A stretch of DNA of 64,000 nucleotides from Promethearchaeia archaeon (lineage in GTDB: Archaea; Asgardarchaeota; Lokiarchaeia; Sigyniarchaeales; SOKP01), in the NCBI GenBank assembly GCA_029856145.1, contig JAHQWK010000002.1:181936-245935 (forward strand), written 5' to 3'. The notes under the pieces are model-generated. The model did not search any database. It worked only from the letters and a program-made list of their open reading frames with translations, and was not told where the DNA came from. A program made the translations under genes and the position numbers. Numbering within the stretch: position 1 is the first letter of the stretch; each line of letters opens with the position of its first letter. Below, piece by piece: positions 60,555 through 64,000 of this stretch.

Positions 60555-62496
60555 TATTAGCATTAGAGAGGAGGAATTATTTTGGCAGGCTCGCATTCAG
60601 ATAACACAAGCTCCAGAACCATTTAGACCTCGAGAAATTCCAGAAACGGCTGTTCCTTTTTATCAAAAACATGAGGATCTTAGGTCCTTTCTCTATGATC
60701 CGTTTGGGGTAGACCCTCCAGGAGTTTACGGTCTCGAATTAACTGCAAATGATAATATAGAGGTTGTATTTTTCACTAAGGTACTCTCAAAAATGGAAGC
60801 AATCAAATTAGGTCATGCGTGGCTTTCTAATTTGCGTTTTAAATTTATTGGGTTGGATGGAAATGTTGAAGCGAAGCCAATAAGAAAAGACAACCAAGAT
60901 ATATTGAAAAAGAGTCAATTATTTGAAATTATACTTCCCATGGGGTATATTAAGAACAAAATCAATATAATTGAAAGGTTTATTAGTGCTTTTTATCATA
61001 AAACAAGCCACACTTCGCAGTTAATTATCTTATGGCAGAGAGAACCTCGTACAGAGAAATCTCAAGAGCAATCTAATTTATTTAATATAAGGGTCTTTAT
61101 AAAATGCGATTTGAACAATTCAAATGTAGAGGATAGATTAAAACTTGAGGGTACAATACAATTTCTGGCGATGGATATTGAAAACCAAATGGGGGATCGT
61201 GCGAGGGTTGTTAATCCGTCTGATGTTTCATATCGAAATATACTGGAAGGGAGTGTGTTTAATGACAGTCATGAATCCTTGAGAAATTTTGTACAAGAAG
61301 ATGTGAATTTTGATTTTCCAGAGAATCTGCCATTACCAAGACTTCCTATTTTGAAAAATGAAAATGTTAGGTATATTGATATCCATGAAAAGTTTAAGAA
61401 AAGAGCGATAACAGTAGGACATCATATAAAAGATGGTGTTATAACAAAACATGAAACTTTTGTTCCAATTAATAAGCTTCCTCAAGATTTAGCTATTTTC
61501 GGGAAGTCTGGTAGTGGTAAAACCTATTTTCTTGCTCGATTCATACAAGAACTTGCTGAAAAATCAAAAAATGTAGGGATTTTAGTTCTGAATGTTGCTA
61601 AGGAATCTCAAGAGATTTTCTATCATAATTTTGATAAGGTAAAATATTCTGATGATGATTTTCATATACCTTATTTTATTCAAACTAAAAAAGAAACTCT
61701 TAAAAAACGTTTGCAAGAAACAGCTACATATATTTGTGCGTCGTTAGGATTGAAAAATGTGTTTGAAAAGATTATCTATCGTACTGAAATAGGTTTTTTA
61801 GAATTAAAAGATAAGGTGCCTGAATTTTTTATAGGTTTGCTAAGAGGTGTAGAGACTTACATTAAGAATAATCCCTATGGCCCTGAAGAACAAGCTAATT
61901 TATTACAAGTTTTCAGAAACCGAATGAATGTTTTTAATGAAGTAAAAGTCCAGAATGTATTAAAAATAACTGAGAATCTGCCAAAATGGGTTGATGATTG
62001 GTTAAACGGTAAAAATATCTTCCTTGATTTATCCATGTGCAGTAAATTTGTAAAAATGCTGATAGTAAATGCAATATTTCAGCTTGTAAGATCTGTTACA
62101 AAAGATAGCGAAGCTGAGGAGCTAAAATATCTTATTGTTATTGACGAGGCTCATGCTATTTTGGAAAAGCCTATTACTACAAACAGTGACGATGCTGATT
62201 TTATCATGAAAGAACAAATGGCAAAAATATTTTCTGAGCTATTGAAAGAATATCGAAGCCGAGGAGTAGGGTTTGTTATTGCTGATCAATCTCCTGATAA
62301 CTTGTTTAAGGATGCGACTTCTCAACCAAGCATAAAAATCATTTTTAGGGAAGACTTTCCAAATAATACTCTTTTTTCTGAAGATCCTACAGAGCGACAA
62401 ATGCTTACGCAATTAGAGAATAGGTTGGCATTGGTTATAAATGGAGCTAGTGGTGAAAAATATCTGATTAAAACATTAGATTATAAATTAGTTTAA
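60538..62496 (+). CDS. HerA/DUF87/VirB4-like P-loop ATPase
   Basis: Walker A GKSGSGKT, Walker B LIVIDEAH, EYRSRGVG...DQSP; GGTGA then ATG at 60538 overlapping the upstream gene end. Confidence 0.88.
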   Translation: MEEKHSISIREEELFWQARIQITQAPEPFRPREIPETAVPFYQKHEDLRSFLYDPFGVDPPGVYGLELTANDNIEVVFFTKVLSKMEAIKLGHAWLSNLRFKFIGLDGNVEAKPIRKDNQDILKKSQLFEIILPMGYIKNKINIIERFISAFYHKTSHTSQLIILWQREPRTEKSQEQSNLFNIRVFIKCDLNNSNVEDRLKLEGTIQFLAMDIENQMGDRARVVNPSDVSYRNILEGSVFNDSHESLRNFVQEDVNFDFPENLPLPRLPILKNENVRYIDIHEKFKKRAITVGHHIKDGVITKHETFVPINKLPQDLAIFGKSGSGKTYFLARFIQELAEKSKNVGILVLNVAKESQEIFYHNFDKVKYSDDDFHIPYFIQTKKETLKKRLQETATYICASLGLKNVFEKIIYRTEIGFLELKDKVPEFFIGLLRGVETYIKNNPYGPEEQANLLQVFRNRMNVFNEVKVQNVLKITENLPKWVDDWLNGKNIFLDLSMCSKFVKMLIVNAIFQLVRSVTKDSEAEELKYLIVIDEAHAILEKPITTNSDDADFIMKEQMAKIFSELLKEYRSRGVGFVIADQSPDNLFKDATSQPSIKIIFREDFPNNTLFSEDPTERQMLTQLENRLALVINGASGEKYLIKTLDYKLV

Positions 62497-63555
62497 CACT
62501 TTATAAATTCTACAATGAAAGTTAAAAAAAAAATAAGATGAATTTATTATTAATAAACTAATTTTCATTGCACTAGTAGACTATTGCTGAAGAAAATGAG
62601 TTATTGAAACTATGCGTGGCAAAATCTAAAGTAGGTACATGAGTCGCAAAATACATCCACGCCCCACCATAATTTATATCAGTAAATAGCTTGCCATAGC
62701 TTGCACAGTCAATTATCAGTGAAGATGCTCTGTTATCAAAGCCTTTACCAAATATATCTTTGCAATAACCAAGATTTGGATAAGCTCTGGAATACCTTAT
62801 GCCACAATAAGAGTGTCCTCCTGGAAGTACTACAAAAACCCATGGTGGCATATACATAACACCATCAAAGAGATATAAACTATGTGATTTGAATTTAAAA
62901 TGTGGATCATGATCTTCTAAAATTTCTCTTCTCTTTTTTAGTTCGCCTGGCTTAAGGTTATGTCGCTCCAAAAATTTTTTATACTTTTGATTAGCTCTTT
63001 TTACCTCCTTCATTTGATATTGCTTTATTTCCTCATCTTCTTCAGGGGTTCTTTTTCTCTTCAATTTTTTTTCTAGCTCTTTCATTTTTTGGTATTCATC
63101 AAACCTATTGGTATCTTTCAACCATTTTTCCAGTTTTTCTTCATCAGAAAAACCAAACGCAGTTCCATCTTCAGCTGCTTCACGCGGTACATATATTACT
63201 TGTATTTTTCCTCCTTTTTCTTTCCTAAAATCTTCTGCTGTAAATTTCTTCTTTGGCCCTATATATTGCTTTCGATCTTCTGAAATAGAATATTCTTCTC
63301 CATCTATTATAAACTTGGAAATATCTTTAACCATTTATATCAACTCCTATATCTTTTTTTGGATTTCAAATCTCTCCTCCCAAATTATTGAGAAGAAATA
63401 TTATATTTATATGAAATTGAGCTTTTAAAGTCTTTGCCAAAAATGTAAAAAAAGCATTATCCCTTTTTTTAGGAAGTGGTATTATGGCATTGGCCATATA
63501 TAGAGCTACGGGAGAAAAATATCTGATTAAAACAATAGAATTTTATTTAAAATGA
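62425..63555 (+). repeat. Degenerate 72-bp direct repeat of the ATPase 3' end (62425-62496 and 63484-63555)
   Basis: Colinear, 55/72 identical by hand count; perfect core GAAAAATATCTGATTAAAACA. Confidence 0.85.
62573..63334 (-). CDS. Protein with charged N-terminus and C-terminal beta/gamma-crystallin-like domain
   Basis: FDNRASS...LFTDINYGG...FNNSFSS Greek-key signatures. Confidence 0.72.
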   Translation of the reverse strand: MVKDISKFIIDGEEYSISEDRKQYIGPKKKFTAEDFRKEKGGKIQVIYVPREAAEDGTAFGFSDEEKLEKWLKDTNRFDEYQKMKELEKKLKRKRTPEEDEEIKQYQMKEVKRANQKYKKFLERHNLKPGELKKRREILEDHDPHFKFKSHSLYLFDGVMYMPPWVFVVLPGGHSYCGIRYSRAYPNLGYCKDIFGKGFDNRASSLIIDCASYGKLFTDINYGGAWMYFATHVPTLDFATHSFNNSFSSAIVY

Positions 63556-63947
63556 TTTTATTAATGGACAATCTATTATTAAATAAGGGAATATTCTTAA
63601 ATTGAGAAATTTATTGGGCTTTAAATAGGAGTGTTTCGAATACTTAGTAGCCCTGATCACTACAAAGAAAAGAGAAATATACCATGACAAATCTTAAAAT
63701 CCTTAATCCTCTTTTTTCTTCTCTTTTCATATTTCACATCTTTTTATGAAGGTTATTTAGAAAGATAGTTTTAGTCCAGATGTATTTAAGAAAAAGATAG
63801 AGCTTCTTAAACTAATTGATAATAGATGTAAGATATTTAGCAGATGTAAATCTAATAAAAATAATCTATTATAGACGAATTTTAGAAAATATTTTTTAAT
63901 AAAATAACATTTGAAAAATTATAGAAAATCTAAAAATGTGATATTAT

Positions 63948-64000
63948 ATGGCAATTACGTTATCTTCAAGAGATAAAGGGATAAAAATTTGGCCTGGACC
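63948..64000 (+). CDS. Start of a possible CDS running off the window
   Basis: ATG GCA ATT... (MAITLSSRDKGIKIWPG) is open to the window end. Confidence 0.35.
   Translation, partial: MAITLSSRDKGIKIWPG

Noticed and set aside
9-63428. Short antisense or overlapping ORFs in the track (e.g. 9-206, 3443-3712, 8320-8589, 16058-16414, 42502-42816, 55997-56185, 56355-56582, 58684-59031)
   Set aside because: Shadows of well-supported genes on the opposite strand or frame; no motifs of their own
63600-63900. Hairpin GGGCT...AGCCC and possible gene remnant near the window end
   Set aside because: Too short and unsupported to call
1-64000. CRISPR arrays, rRNA, IS transposases, selenoprotein/SECIS signals
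   Set aside because: No regularly spaced repeats, rRNA-like GC-rich tracts, transposase motifs or convincing in-frame UGA readthrough seen by eye

Overview
AT-rich archaeal chromosomal window, most likely from an Asgard archaeon (Lokiarchaeia-like). This is inferred from archaeal-type information-processing genes (eS8, eL38, eL40, SRP19, GluRS, ThrRS, AspRS, TruD, Pth2, thermosome) together with eukaryotic-signature proteins (Rab-like GTPase, two longin-like proteins, an Rpn11/CSN5-like JAMM protease and a probable BRO1-like protein). About 60 CDSs are present, plus two tRNA genes that each carry a non-canonical T-arm intron with a bulge-helix-bulge motif. No CRISPR array, rRNA or recognisable transposase was seen. 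Main observations: (1) an unannotated ~492-nt intergenic element (46783-47274) with paired ends, about 12 nested helices, a TATA box and a poly-T terminator, i.e. a candidate new large structured ncRNA; (2) an orphan CheR-coiled coil-CheD fusion whose CheD lacks the catalytic Cys; (3) two genes whose conserved domains appear to require ATT initiation; (4) a terminal accessory module of a repeat-containing GIY-YIG nuclease and a HerA/VirB4-like ATPase, followed by a beta/gamma-crystallin-like gene bracketed by a duplicated ATPase 3' end. All calls come from reading motifs by eye; no searches were run.
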